From the NCBI GenBank assembly GCA_977017645.1, contig OZ360238.1, positions 27,156,001 to 27,220,000 on the forward strand: DNA of 64,000 bases, written 5' to 3'. A model generated the notes under the pieces. The model had not been told where the DNA came from. It saw nothing but the letters and a program-made list of their open reading frames with translations, and made no database searches. Origin of the DNA: Torpedo marmorata. Taxonomy: Eukaryota. The translations under genes were made by a program, and so were the position numbers. How positions within the stretch are numbered: the stretch's first letter is position 1; the number at the start of each line of letters is the position of its first letter. This document shows, in pieces, positions 24,470-35,506 of the stretch.

Positions 24470-25886
24470 CTTCGAGCTCTTTATTAGTTTGGTCGTCATC
24501 AATCTCGATCCTATCCTCTTTTTCTGAAGTACTTGGCAAAGAAACTTGAGGCTGTGAAATATCTTGAACTTGATATTGTTCCATCAAACCTTGATCTTTC
24601 CACAAATTCGGAAGGGAATTTGCATATTGCAGAGCTTGTTGACAATCAGCAAAAAACCCAAGTTTGATTCCCTGTAGATTTAACCTTCAAAACCGCAGGG
24701 TATCTAAATGAAAACTTATATCCCTTACTCCAAAAAATCGCTTTTGCTGGATTAAATTCCTTTCGTTTTTTAACTATTGCTGAACTTAAATCAGGGTAAA
24801 AGAAAACTTATTATTCTGAATCATCAATGGACCTTTTTGCAGCCTAGCATTTTGAACAGCTAGTTTCAATACTTTCTCTTTATCCTGGTATCTAAGACAT
24901 TTAACTAAAACTGAACGTGGTCTTTGTCCAGGATACGGTTTCCCTCTACCAACTCTATGTGGTCTCTCTAACTCCAGTCCATAGGTAAAGCTGCCAATCC
25001 CGAGAACTTTTGGAATCCATTCTTGAAAGAATTCAGTCGTATCACACCCTTCAACATTTTCAGGTAGTCCCACAATTTTAATATTATTCCTCCTACTCTG
25101 GTTTTCCAATACATCCAACTTTTGTAAAAGTTCATTTCTTTGCTGCTCCCAACCTGTAAACAAATCTTCTACTTTATCAACTCTATCTTTATAATCCACC
25201 ATTTCTTCATAATGCTCTTTAACATCCTTTTCAATTTCTTGAACTTTCACTTTTACTATATTCACAGTATTTGACTGTTTCCTCATATTTTGCTTGATAG
25301 TTTTTATTTCTTCTTCAATTTCATTAAGTCTATGTTCCAAATGATGATCCATCTTTGACACCTGCTTTGTTAAGTTATCAATAGCCTTAAGTATTTATTG
25401 CTGAACTACAGATACTTCAGTCTCTTCTCTACTTGATTCTTCAACCTCTCCCTCCATTTCTTCTGTTGCTTCCTCCATTTCTTCTTTCTTCTCTCTCTTT
25501 TTATCTTCTAAATCTGTTGAAGATGAAGTTTCAAGTTCCACATCATATTGTAATGACTGTGGGACCTCTCTTTTGCCGTCAGCCTTAGCTGACAGCTCCC
25601 ATTGTCTATCGCGCATGCGTACCGTTTCGCGCATGCGCGGTTGCTCACTTTGAATTTGTAGTCTTGTAGTCTTCCTTCGAGCACCAGCGCCATCTTCCCC
25701 AGCTCCCAGGGATGGCAGCGCCAGCGCTTCCATCGTTTTAGGCGCCCTCGCCCGCGTCTTCCGAGGAGGGAGAGAAACTTGAGCCCGAGGCTCCATCAAG
25801 CAGGTAGGCTGATCTTCCTCTTGAAATAAACTTTGCTGTATCATTACTTTCTTTGTCTTTTGTTCCTTTGTTTTTCTTGTAGCCAT
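24470..25886 (-). pseudogene. ORF1: L1 ORF1 (long N-terminal extension, acidic tract, coiled coil, RRM), disrupted
   Basis: MATRKTK start; LENQSRRNNIKIVGLPE, LERPHRV and RPRSVLVKCLRYQDKE are typical L1 ORF1 motifs. 3' boundary approximate. Confidence 0.88.
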
Positions 25887-26178
25887 TCTTAATCCTTTAC
25901 CAAAAGCTCTTAACTTTTTTTTATAACTAAATAAAGTTTCTTTTAAACAGTTTTTAATTAACTCTGTGGGGAGAGGTGTATTTCCACGTCTCCAACCTAC
26001 GCCATCAAACCACGCCCCCATTGGTTGTGCTTTCTGAAAGACCTTGTCTGTGAGTGAAGTAGGTGAAAATGTGTGTTCATGGATGGATTGTTACCACAAT
26101 GTTGCGTGTATAAATCAGCAATTATAAAAAAGGTGGGAACAAATTGGATGTTTATAAAAAAGGTAGAACAAACTGGGT

Positions 26179-26324
26179 TAAAATGATGAAGGGCTCAAGT
26201 CCAAAATGTTGGTTATGTATCTTTATCTTTGCTATATAAAGTATACTGTTTGACCTGTTGAGTTTCTCCAGCATTGTGTTTTTACTTCAGTCACGGTGTC
26301 TGCAGACTTTCATGTTTTACTTTG
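26179..26324. mobile_element. Penelope-like solo terminal repeat
   Basis: tgatgaagggctcaagtccaaaatgtt...gacctgttgagtttctccagcattgtgttt, flanked by the near-direct repeat gaacaaa(c/a)tgggt (26166-26178 / 26325-26337). Confidence 0.6.
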
Positions 26325-26424
26325 GAACAAAATGGGTGTTTATTACAACTCACTTGCTATTCATGATCCATCTGTCCAGATGGACATCACTTAATGAAGC
26401 CATTAAAAATCGAGTGCTCTAAAG

Positions 26425-26645
26425 CAGTCATTCTCAACAGGAGCCATATGGCCTCCTTGGGGGCCACAGCACATTTAACGGGGGCCACGGATTGAAATCA
26501 TAAAATATTTTTTAAAAAAATTATGTAGTCGGTAGGAGAGAAGTACGGAAGAAACCAAAACTTGTCTGCTTCACAGGGAAGGAGACCCATAAACTTTGAG
26601 CAGAGTCCTAAGGGGGCCATAGCCAAAAAAGGTTGTGAATGGCTG
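26425..26645. mobile_element. hAT (Charlie-like) MITE
   Basis: TIRs cagtcattctcaac / gttgtgaatggctg. 8-bp TSD ctctaaag / gtctaaag. Second copy at 37673-37899. Confidence 0.88.
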
Positions 26646-27280
26646 GTCTAAAGTAACTTAGGTTGTGACCAATGGCTCACTTCACCTCTGGGAAGGGAGA
26701 ATATTGCCTTTTATTTCATGTCGTCTTGCATATTATCTGATGAAAATCATGATTTTCAAATTAGTATTTATTTGGAAAAATTCACATTTTTGTATGAACC
26801 CTGAATTTTCTCAACAACAAGAGTTCTGCGTAAGCCTATCATCACACAAATGTACTCACAGGCTCTCATTGTGTGCTCTGCACTGCAATCTTTATCAGAG
26901 AGTGGAAACAGAGGATTGTATTCTCTGCAGCGGATATTGAACCTGCCCAAAAGGGGAAAGCAATTGATGAGTTCCTTAACTCTGAAAGAAAGCACATGTA
27001 CACACCTAAGTCTAAAAGTTAATTTTTACCATCACTGGAGTGGTTTGGCAGTGGTGATGACTTAATACACTGTTAAATGTTCTCTTACAATTGAATGCTC
27101 AAACCATGCTTTATCCCATGTAGTCAATGGCTATCTAGTGGGTAATTACCACAACTTCACACTTTTCAGTAGCGTACCTTCGAGGCAAGCTTAGCACTTC
27201 CGTTTGCAACTTCCACAATATTCCCACCTTAACTGTAAATGAGTGCAATGGGATTTATTATGTAGAACACTGAACACCCT

Positions 27281-27578
27281 TGAAGGGACTCGGGCGCTGA
27301 AGGCTTCCTGATTGTGACTAGGTTTGGATCTGGAGCTCGGGTTGTCGATGGATCAAACAGGAGTCTGTGCGGCTGCAGAGGCTGCGGGAGCGCTGGAGGC
27401 AAATCCACGACACTCAGTGACTCTGAAGGGACTCTCTTTTGCTTCTCTTTCTCTCTTACTGTAAGGGGGTGCCAGGCGACATTAACGGCAACTGCCTTAC
27501 GGCAGTCAGAAGGCAATTTTGTGTAATATTACATGTTCTTTACTATTACATGACAATAAAAGTATCTTGAATCTTGAA
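27281..27578 (+). mobile_element. Family X retroposon, 5'-truncated
   Basis: Homologous to the reverse complement of 11335-11640 and 15344-15680; tail atgacaataaaagtatcttgaatcttgaa. Confidence 0.8.
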
Positions 27579-28429
27579 TACTGCCTTATTACTGTAACCG
27601 CAAAATCTGGCCCTTAATCTAATGTCTTGCTGTGAGTTCATAATAACAATGTAATTTGCAAAAATCCTGCAAGCTTTATGTCAGTATTGGGTGGGCCTTA
27701 AAAACCTGTCACTGGATTGTTATATATTGTGGTGATGAGGAAGAGGTTAAAGCCGTGAAGGATGTCAACAATTTTAATCATCAGCAAATTGACATATTTA
27801 TAGTTCTTTTAACCTTGGAATGTTCCTTATGTTTTTTGCACCTCCAGTGAAATGCATGAGATTTGACCTTGAAGCAGAATCTGTCCCAAAATGTGAGACT
27901 TCAAACTGAAAACAAATTAGTTGCTTCCTTTTAGCACCGAGAAGGTGATCACCAAAACCCAACTCCGAATCTATTGTCAACCAGCAAAAAAAAAAATTGC
28001 TGTGAGAATTTATGGGGATTCTTGCTTTCTGACATGACCTTTCATTGGCTTCTTTTATTTTCATTTATTGTTACCGGCAGAATGATTGCAACTTGCAATG
28101 AGCACACTTCTATTTAACACTGCCAAAGGTGCACTCTGAGGTTATTGGACAACCATAGCATGAAGCTAATGCTGTGGATCAGTTTTAACAGATTTGAGAA
28201 GAAAAAGAACTGACATCATCTGAATTAATCTATGATACAATGTACAAATCACTACAAAATCTGCAAGTGACATACGCACCTAGAAATTAGTTTTCACTCT
28301 TTATTTGATGCATTAAACACCTGCTGTCTATAGTTCTAATAGTTCTAGCATCCAATCATTTTGGGAAATTGTCAATAAGTACATTAGAAAAAGCAGTCGT
28401 TTTCAACACAGAATCGTGTGCTAATCCAG

Positions 28430-28918
28430 GAAGTTCATAAGGATGGCTGGGAATGAAAGGGTTTTTCTTTGAAGAACATTTGATGGCTCTTGGCCTGTAT
28501 TCGTTGGGATTTAGGAGAAATGAGGGGGATCTCATTGAAACATTTTGTATTTTGAAAGGCCTGGGCAGAGTAGATGTAGGAAGGTAGTTTCCTATGATGG
28601 GAGATTCAAGGACAAGAGGGCACAATTTCAGGATTGAAGGGTATCCTTTAAGAACAGAGATGCGGAGGAATTGCTTTGCCAGAGGGTGGTAAATCTATGG
28701 AATTTGTTGCCACAGGTGGTTGTGGAGGCCAAATCATTGGGTGTATTTAAGGCAGATTGATAGGTTCTTGATTAGCCAGGGCATCAAAGGTTATGGGGAG
28801 AAGGCTGGGCAGTGGGGCTGAGACGGAAAATTAATCAATTCATGATTAAATGGTGGGGCAGACTTGATGGGCTGAATAGCCTATTTTTGCTCCTACATCT
28901 TATGGTTTTATGGTCTTA
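28430..28918 (+). mobile_element. CR1 3' fragment
   Basis: LGLYSL.FRR.RGDLIE-type coding and a (cttatggt)n tail. Confidence 0.88.
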
Positions 28919-29059
28919 TTTGTACACTTAGAACTGGGGTCTAGTCCAGTTTTAGCAGACTATGCTTTTTGATGATGATGGTGTTTCAGCACTTAAGTAC
29001 ACATTCCATATGAGCTGGACAACAGCAACACATATAGCGGCTGCTGTGGAGGAGACAGT

Positions 29060-29270
29060 GGCTGCTGGAGAGGTGAATGGAACTCCACAGTTTTCTTTGA
29101 AATCTTGGTGGCAAAGGAGGGAAATCCTGTGTACTGGGATGTGCATCAAGGCCATCAATAGAAGGTCAGAGCAGGAAGTGGCCAAACCTGTCTCTTACCT
29201 GAATGAGAGTCTCCACAAGATGGACCAAGTCCAGAAGAAATGGTATCATCTTGTAAGATATGGCAAGTGG
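29060..29270 (+). pseudogene. Myb/SANT-like domain relic (Harbinger ORF2 / NAIF1-like)
   Basis: TPQFS...RREIL...EVAKPVS...DQVQKKWYHLVR resembles PRFS...RR.IL...WEEVA..VS...Q.RKKW.DL. Confidence 0.45.
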
Positions 29271-29301
29271 TGAATTTTGGGGAAGTTAAACCAGGATAGG
29301 A

Positions 29302-29561
29302 CCGGGAAAAAGGTACAGGAGCCTAAAGACGAGCACTCAACGGCACAAGGACAGCTTCTTCCCCGCTGCCATCAAATTCCTGAATAATCAATGAACCAAA
29401 GACACTGCCTTACTTTTTGTGCACTATTGTTTATAATTTTTTATAGTAATGTCATTAGATGGTTATAATATGAATGTTAATTGCACTATGATGCTGCCGC
29501 AAAACACCGAATTTCATGACTTATTCATGACAATAAATTCTGATTCTGATTCTGATTCTGA
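29302..29561 (+). mobile_element. Rex1/Babar family A 3' end
   Basis: Near-identical to the 3' ends at 33112-33702, 41508-42511 and 52099; (ttctga)n tail. Confidence 0.92.
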
Positions 29562-29977
29562 CATTACATAACGAATGACAAGTCCCTAGAGAGTGTTGTA
29601 GAACAGAGAGAAACCAAAGAATACAAGTACCTCGTTCCCTAAAAGTGGGGACAGGGGTTGACTGAGTAGTGAAGAAGGTCTTTGACATGGTTGCCTTCAG
29701 TGGATGGGGCATGAATACGGGAGTTGGAATGTCATGCTGTACAAGGCGTCGGTGAGACTGCACCCATTCACCATACTACAGGAGGATGTGATTAAGTTAA
29801 AAAGGATACAGAAAAGAGTCATGAGGATGTTGCTGGGACCGGAAGGTTTGAGTTCTAAGGAAAGACTGGATTGGCTGGGACTGTTTTCCCTCGGCTGAAG
29901 GAGACAGAACGATGACCTATGGAGGTTTGTAAAATCTTGAGGAGCATGGATAAGGTGGATGGTCACAGTCTTTTTCC

Positions 29978-30197
29978 TAATGTAGACAGACAGCACGATA
30001 ACAGGCACTTCTGACCCATGTGCCCACAAATACCCCAATTAACCAACAACCCCGTACATTTTTTTGGAGGGTGGGAAGAAAATGTAACACCTGGAGGAAA
30101 CCCACGCAGACACGGGGAGAGCATACAAACTCCTTACAGACAGTGGCGGATTCAAACCCGGGTCGCTGGCGCTGACCACTATGCTAAACGTGCCACC
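29978..30197 (-). mobile_element. HE1-like tRNA-derived V-SINE
   Basis: B-box (ggattcaaaccc is the reverse complement of gggtttgaatcc). V-domain ggaggaaacccacgcagacacggggaga. Multiple copies in the window. Confidence 0.85.
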
Positions 30198-30385
30198 TGT
30201 TTTCCCAGGGCAGGGGAGTCTAAAACTAGAGGGCATAGGTTTTAGTGAGAGAGAAAAGATTTAAAGGGGACATGTGGGAGAATCTTTTCAGAGTGAAGGT
30301 GATGGGTATACAGAACAAGCTGCAGGTGGATCCACTGGCAACATTTAAAAGGCATTTAGTTTTCATGGATTGGAAAGGTTTAGAG

Positions 30386-30754
30386 CAGTGGTTTTCAAAC
30401 TTTTTCTTTCCACTCACATACCACCTTAAGCAATCCCTATGCCATAAGTGCTCTGTGATTAGTAAAGGATTACTTAAGGTGGTATGTGAGTGGGAAAAAA
30501 AGGTTGAGAATCACTGCTCAAGACCCAATTGTTACTGAAATATTTTGCTTGAGAAAAATTGTCATTGGCCTTTGGAGTTATGAAACCGTACACATAAAGA
30601 GTCAATTAGGTATGATTAAAACAGTGGATTTCAAACCTTTTTCTTTCCACTCACATACCACCTTAAGCGATCCCTTACTAATCACAGAGCACTTATGGCA
30701 TAGGGATTGCTTAAGGTGGAATGTGGGTTTAGGGGGGCAGTTTGAAAACCACTG
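30386..30754. mobile_element. Compound hAT MITE: two hairpin units flanking a 105-bp spacer
   Basis: Outer TIR cagtggttttcaaac / gtttgaaaaccactg. Perfect 8-bp TSD gtttagag (30378-30385 / 30755-30762). Units at 30386-30516 and 30622-30754. Confidence 0.92.
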
Positions 30755-31081
30755 GTTTAGAGTGATATGCACCAAATGCAGGCAAATTGGACCTGCTCAG
30801 GAAGGTACCTTGCTCAGCAGGGATGAGTTGGGCTGTTTCTGTGCTTTATGGCCTAATGACTGACATATCCCCTGCAATGCTCACACAGAGGTTGAGCCGC
30901 TGGGCATACAATAAGAACAAGATCACTCAATTTTCTTCATCTCCTCCGCTTTGAAGGGAGGGAGGGATGCAACAACTCTGAGAGAAGGGCTCTCAGGTGC
31001 TCAGTATCCCAGCTCAGTAGAGGAGCCCAACCTGTGCCTCACGCTCAAACCATGCTCCCCGAACTGCCATCTATGGGCCCT

Positions 31082-31154
31082 GGCTCCATAGCTCAGTAGT
31101 TAGAGCATTGGTCTTGTAAACCAGGGGTTGCGAGTTCGTTCCTCGCTGGGGCCT
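31082..31154 (+). tRNA. tRNA-Thr(UGU)-derived sequence (SINE head or pseudo-tRNA)
   Basis: GGCTCCATAGCTCAGTAGTTAGAGCATTGGTCTTGTAAACCAGGGGTTGCGAGTTCGTTCCTCGCTGGGGCCT: cloverleaf with TGT anticodon. D-loop GG>AG and T-loop A58>T. No T4 terminator downstream. Confidence 0.85.
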
Positions 31155-31284
31155 CATTTCTGTGAGCGATGCTGGACAAAGTAGTGACTCTCTGTCTTCC
31201 TTACGGTAGACAAAGTTAAAGAATTTCATGTATGTTACATTCTAAATGTAGTGTTACGTGACAATAATGGAACCTTTACCTTTA
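31082..31284 (+). mobile_element. tRNA-Thr SINE with a family-X/Rex1-type 3' tail
   Basis: tRNA head, ~30-bp linker, then a tail (agtgactc...ccttacggtagacaaagttaaagaatttcatg...gtgacaataatggaacctttaccttta) aligning to the reverse complement of 15344-15458. Confidence 0.8.
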
Positions 31285-31584
31285 TCCCATTCAGTTCAAT
31301 TACAAGTAGGCACCTCATTACCATCTGTGCTGCTACATCTTCACAAAGAGTCGTTGACCTGAAGCACTAACTCAATTTTTCTTACTACAGAATGTGCTTG
31401 ATGTATAGAGAATCTGCAGCATTTCTGCTTTTAGTATATAATTTCCATTTCTCTGCAGTTTCTTTTTGATTTTCGTCATGAGGATGTTGGGGTCTTTTCA
31501 TTTGTTGGTTGTTTTCCAGAATCAGATAAGTGTCAATGAAGTTGATGGAAGGGAGGCTGGTTTGTATGATGGTCTTAGCTACGT

Positions 31585-32290
31585 GACTGGAGGTCTTGAG
31601 TTATAGGGAGAGGCTGGATCGGCTGGGTCTTTATTCATTGAATCGTAGGAGACTGAGAGGTGACCTTATATAGAATCGAGGCCCATGGATAAGTGAATGC
31701 TCAGTCTTTTTTTACCAGAGTAGATGATTCTAGAACTATAAGACCACAAGACCATAAGACATAGGAGCAGAAATAGGCTATTCAGCCCATCGAATCTGCC
31801 CATCATTTAATCATGAGCTGATCCATTTTCCCACTCAGCCCCACTGCCCAGCCTTCTCCCCATAACCTTTGATGCCCTGGCTAATCAAGAACCTATGAAT
31901 CTCTGCCTTAAATACACCTAATGACCTGGCCTCCACAACCGTCTGTGGCAACAAATTCCACAGATTCACCACCCTCTGGCTAAAGAAATTCCTCCGCATC
32001 TCTGTTCTAACCGGATGGCCTTCAACCTGTAGGTATAGATTTAAGGAGCGAGGGAAGAGATTTCAGAGAGACCTAAGGGGAATATTTTCACTCAGAGCTG
32101 GTTCTTATCTGGAATGAGCTGTCAGTGGAATTGGGTATAATTATGACGATTGAAAGATATGTGGTCAGATACTGGGATAGAAAGGGTTTCGAAGGATATG
32201 GACCAGATGCAGGCAGATGGGACCAGCCCTGACTGCCAACCTGGTCAGAATGGACATGTTGGGCTGAAGGGCCTGTTCTGCATTATGGCT
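31585..32290 (+). mobile_element. CR1 3' fragment containing an opposite-strand CR1 (31741-32028)
   Basis: LSYRERLDRLGLYSL coding on the plus strand. Nested agaccataagacataggagcag... copy resembles 6143-6495. Confidence 0.82.
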
Positions 32291-33111
32291 CCAAGTGTCA
32301 GATGTGCTCAGGTGAACTGCATACAGGAGTGCACAGGCCAATTTCCTGGTGGGCGTGATTTCATCCAGATATGATCACAATCTCCTGTGGTTAATGTTTA
32401 TTTTGTGCAAGATGTGCACATTAAAAATAGGTGCTTTTTTAATTGATTGCTGTTCCTTATGTTCAAGTATCAGTCTAAATGTAAATCTGTTGCTAACTAA
32501 AACAAAGAATGTCAAATATTCATTAGAGACAGATGAATATAAAAGACTCTGGGGCAATTTTGACTTTGCATGATAGTACAAACCAGATGGTAGTGATTTG
32601 CCTCTTTTTATGCACCTCTTGATTTTTATTTCCATCGACTTCGCTCTCAAGCAAACTGTGCCTTCTTTCATCTGATACATTCGACTACAGTAACAATGAA
32701 TCATCGAATAGACTTGGAGAAATGCTGTGCTACAGAAGGTGGCCATCTGGCTTATTGAGTCTCTGCTGGCTCTTGGTGGAGCAATCCAGTCAATCACACT
32801 CTTTCTATCAAGCCCTGCAAATTATTTCCCCTCAAATCCAATTCCCTCTTGGAAACATTTATAACATTCTCTTTCGAGGGAGCAATTTCCAGATCAGAAC
32901 TACTACCTTCAAAGAAGAACTTTTCCCCCCACATCCCTGCTGTGCTTCCTGCCCGTCACTTCAAATCTGTGCCCCCTGGTCCTTGAAACCTTTGGTAATA
33001 GGAACCTAAATAAAACTTGTCGTGGTCTTGTAGACTCGTGTCAAATCTTCTTCCAAGCTTCTTTGCTCTCAGGAGAAAAGTCACTTTGTAGTCAAAATAC
33101 TTCCTCCTTGA

Positions 33112-33704
33112 AATCCTGGAGCCTCCACGTTGATGCAATCACAAAGAAGGCCCGCTAGCGGCTATACTTTGTGAGGTGTCTGAGGAGATTCGGTATGTCA
33201 CCGAAGACTCTCATAAATTTCTACAGGTGTACCGTGGAGAGCATTCTGGCTGGTTGCATCACTGCCTGGTATGGAGGCGCCAACTCTCAGGACAAGAATA
33301 AACTCCAGAGGGTTGTTAACTCGGCCTGTGACATCACAGGCACCAGACTTCACTCCATCGAGGACATCTACATGAGGCGGTGTCTTAAAAAAAGCAGCCT
33401 CTATCCTCAAAGACCCCCACCACCCAGGCCATGCCCTCTTCACTCTGCTATCATCGGGAAAAAGGTACAGGAGCCTGAAGATGAGCACTCAACGGCACAA
33501 GGACAGCTTCTTCCCCGCTGTCATCAGATTCCTGAATAATCAATGAACCAAATACACTGCCTTACTTTTTGTGCACTATTATTTATATATATTTTTTATA
33601 GTAATGTCGTAAGATGGTTATTATATGAATGTTTGCACTATGATGCTGCCGCAAAACACCGAATTTCATGACTTGTTCATGACAATAAATTCTGATTCTG
33701 ATTC
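33112..33704 (+). mobile_element. Rex1/Babar family A 3' fragment inserted in a decayed minus-strand CR1 (~32790-33780)
   Basis: RCLRRFGMSPKTLINFYRCTVESILAGCITAWYG; (ttctga)n tail. Confidence 0.93.
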
Positions 33705-34599
33705 TTTTCTGCATCCCTCTTCAAGACTCTCATATCTTGGCTTAGGTGTGGACTAACCAATATTTTATATCGGTTCAATATAATAACATCTTTACTTTCA
33801 TAATTATGTCTTGCCTTGTTCAAAGATTAATACATATATCTGTCCTGTTGTTAAAATGTTATGACCACTCAGCCCATCCAGTTTATGCCAGCTCTCAGAG
33901 CATTCCCATCAATCCCATTCCCTGAACCTACTCTCACAAACACATCAACAATACACTGATACTCCTCCCACCCACAAACACTTTTGTTTAAAGTCTGAAC
34001 TCATGAGCTTAACCTACAACCTTAATGAAGCTGGAAAACAAAATGTGTTCCCCAGATAACACCTGGGCGAATCCCTCCTGCATCTTCTCAACAGCCTTGA
34101 TGTCCTTCCTGGTTAATATGGCGACTTACATTTCTGATTACCGGTAATAAGTGAGAGAGTGGTGATGCATACTGTTTTTGCACATGTAATCCCAAAATGC
34201 AGATAAGTGTCATTTAACACTTTTTGAAAATACTAAAGAAAAATTTGTGAGTGATTTTGGGTGCACACACTCTTTTGACTATAAAATTGGGGGAGTTATT
34301 AGCAAATACATTCACCTGAACCACTTTTGTGCAATTGAAGATGGCGTTTTTTCCATTAAAACTACCTGTAGTCCATATAGCTAAGGCAGTGTTGCTGTGA
34401 CCATAACAGTGCTCAACAAACTACTTCAAGTGGACATCGCTAACCTAAAATAAGGAGTGAACGTTCAGGACCTATCAGTTGCAGTGCCGCATTATAACCA
34501 AGGTACTTCAACCAAGCTGATGTTCAGATTTCAAGTCAATGACATTTGTTCACAACAGTTGTTTATTCACTTCTGGCATTATTTAGATTTTGGCACAGT

Positions 34600-35260
34600 G
34601 CACGAAAAAAGTGCTGGAGAAACTCAGCAGGTCACGCAGCATCCACAGGAAGTAAAAGGCAGTCGAGTGTCGGGCCTGAATCCTTCTTCAGGAGTGCCGA
34701 AAATCAAGCAGACGCTCCAATAAAAAGGTAGAGACAGGAGGGGGGAGGGGCAGGGGAAGGACCACAGGCTAACAGTTAAGACGTAATAAGTGAACACAGG
34801 TGGGAGGGTAGAAGAGAAAGTAGCTGAGAAGTGATAGGTGGAGAGGGCAGAGGACAGCACGGCTAGCGTAGCTGTAGGTGTAACGCTATTACAGTGCCAG
34901 TGACCAGCGCTGTCTGTAAGGTGTTTATATGTTCCCCACGTGTCTGCGTGCGTTTCCTCTGGACGCTTCGGTTTCCTCCCACCTTTCAAAAACATACGGG
35001 GGTTGTAGGTTAATTGGGGTATTTGGGCAGCACATGTTCCAGAAGGGCTACCATGCTGTATGTCTCAATTAAAAAAATTTAAATGTAAATAAAAAAAAAT
35101 AAAAATCAAAATTTAAAACTTAATTTAAATTAAAAAAATTAAAATTTAAAGAAGGGTAGCTTTCTGATGGCAGAAGGAAGGGTTGGGATCTGGAGGAAAG
35201 AACCCAGAGAGATAGGGAAAGACAGAGACTGAGGGAGAGTGTTAACAGAGTGTTAACAGA
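34600..35260. mobile_element. Penelope-like fragment interrupted by a plus-strand HE1-like SINE (34853-35149, AT-rich tail)
   Basis: tgctggagaaactcagcaggtcacgcagcatc; SINE V-domain ttccccacgtgtctgcgtgcgtttcctctgg. Confidence 0.7.
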
Positions 35261-35460
35261 AATCTCGCCTGAATAAAGTTCGACAGAGATCTAAGAAAGA
35301 TGGTGGAATGGCTCTACCTAACTTTAGATTTTACTATTGGGCAGTCAATATACGAAGTCTTACGTTTTGGTCCTTCTTTCATAATCATTCTGACCGCCCA
35401 TTATGGGTATCAATGGAGCTGAATTCCCCTCAAAATTTTTCTAATACAAAATATTCTTGC
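35260..35460 (+). mobile_element. L1 ORF2 fragment from a distinct L1 family
   Basis: QRSKKDGGMALPNFRFYYWAVNIRSLTFW. Confidence 0.75.
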
Positions 35461-35506
35461 TAACCTCCTTTAGAATTTGGTACACTTTGACTGGTTGTGT
35501 CTCTTC

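Larger units (their letters stand above)
19761..26019 (-). mobile_element. Full-length L1 (family A), decayed
   Basis: 14-bp TSD attggttgtgcttt (19747-19760 / 26020-26033). 5' end GGGGGCGTGGTTTGATGGCG, then ORF1, spacer, ORF2, 3' UTR and AATAAA. Confidence 0.95.
29270..30860 (+). mobile_element. Decayed CR1 hosting three nested insertions (Rex1 tail, SINE, MITE)
   Basis: CR1 coding (LYKASVR, RIQKRVMRMLLG, ERLDWLGLFSL, SKTRGHRF) resumes after each insertion. Confidence 0.8.

Noticed and set aside
25395-26021. 208-aa ORF starting at 26021
   Set aside because: The ATG lies in the TSD and reads through the L1 5' UTR; the real ORF1 start is MATRK at 25886.
31082-31154. Functional tRNA-Thr gene
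   Set aside because: Mutated D-loop G18 and T-loop A58, no oligo-T terminator, and fusion to a retroposon tail; treated as a SINE head.
35066-35149. Almost pure A/T quasi-palindromic tract
   Set aside because: Best explained as the expanded simple-repeat tail of the adjacent HE1-like SINE.
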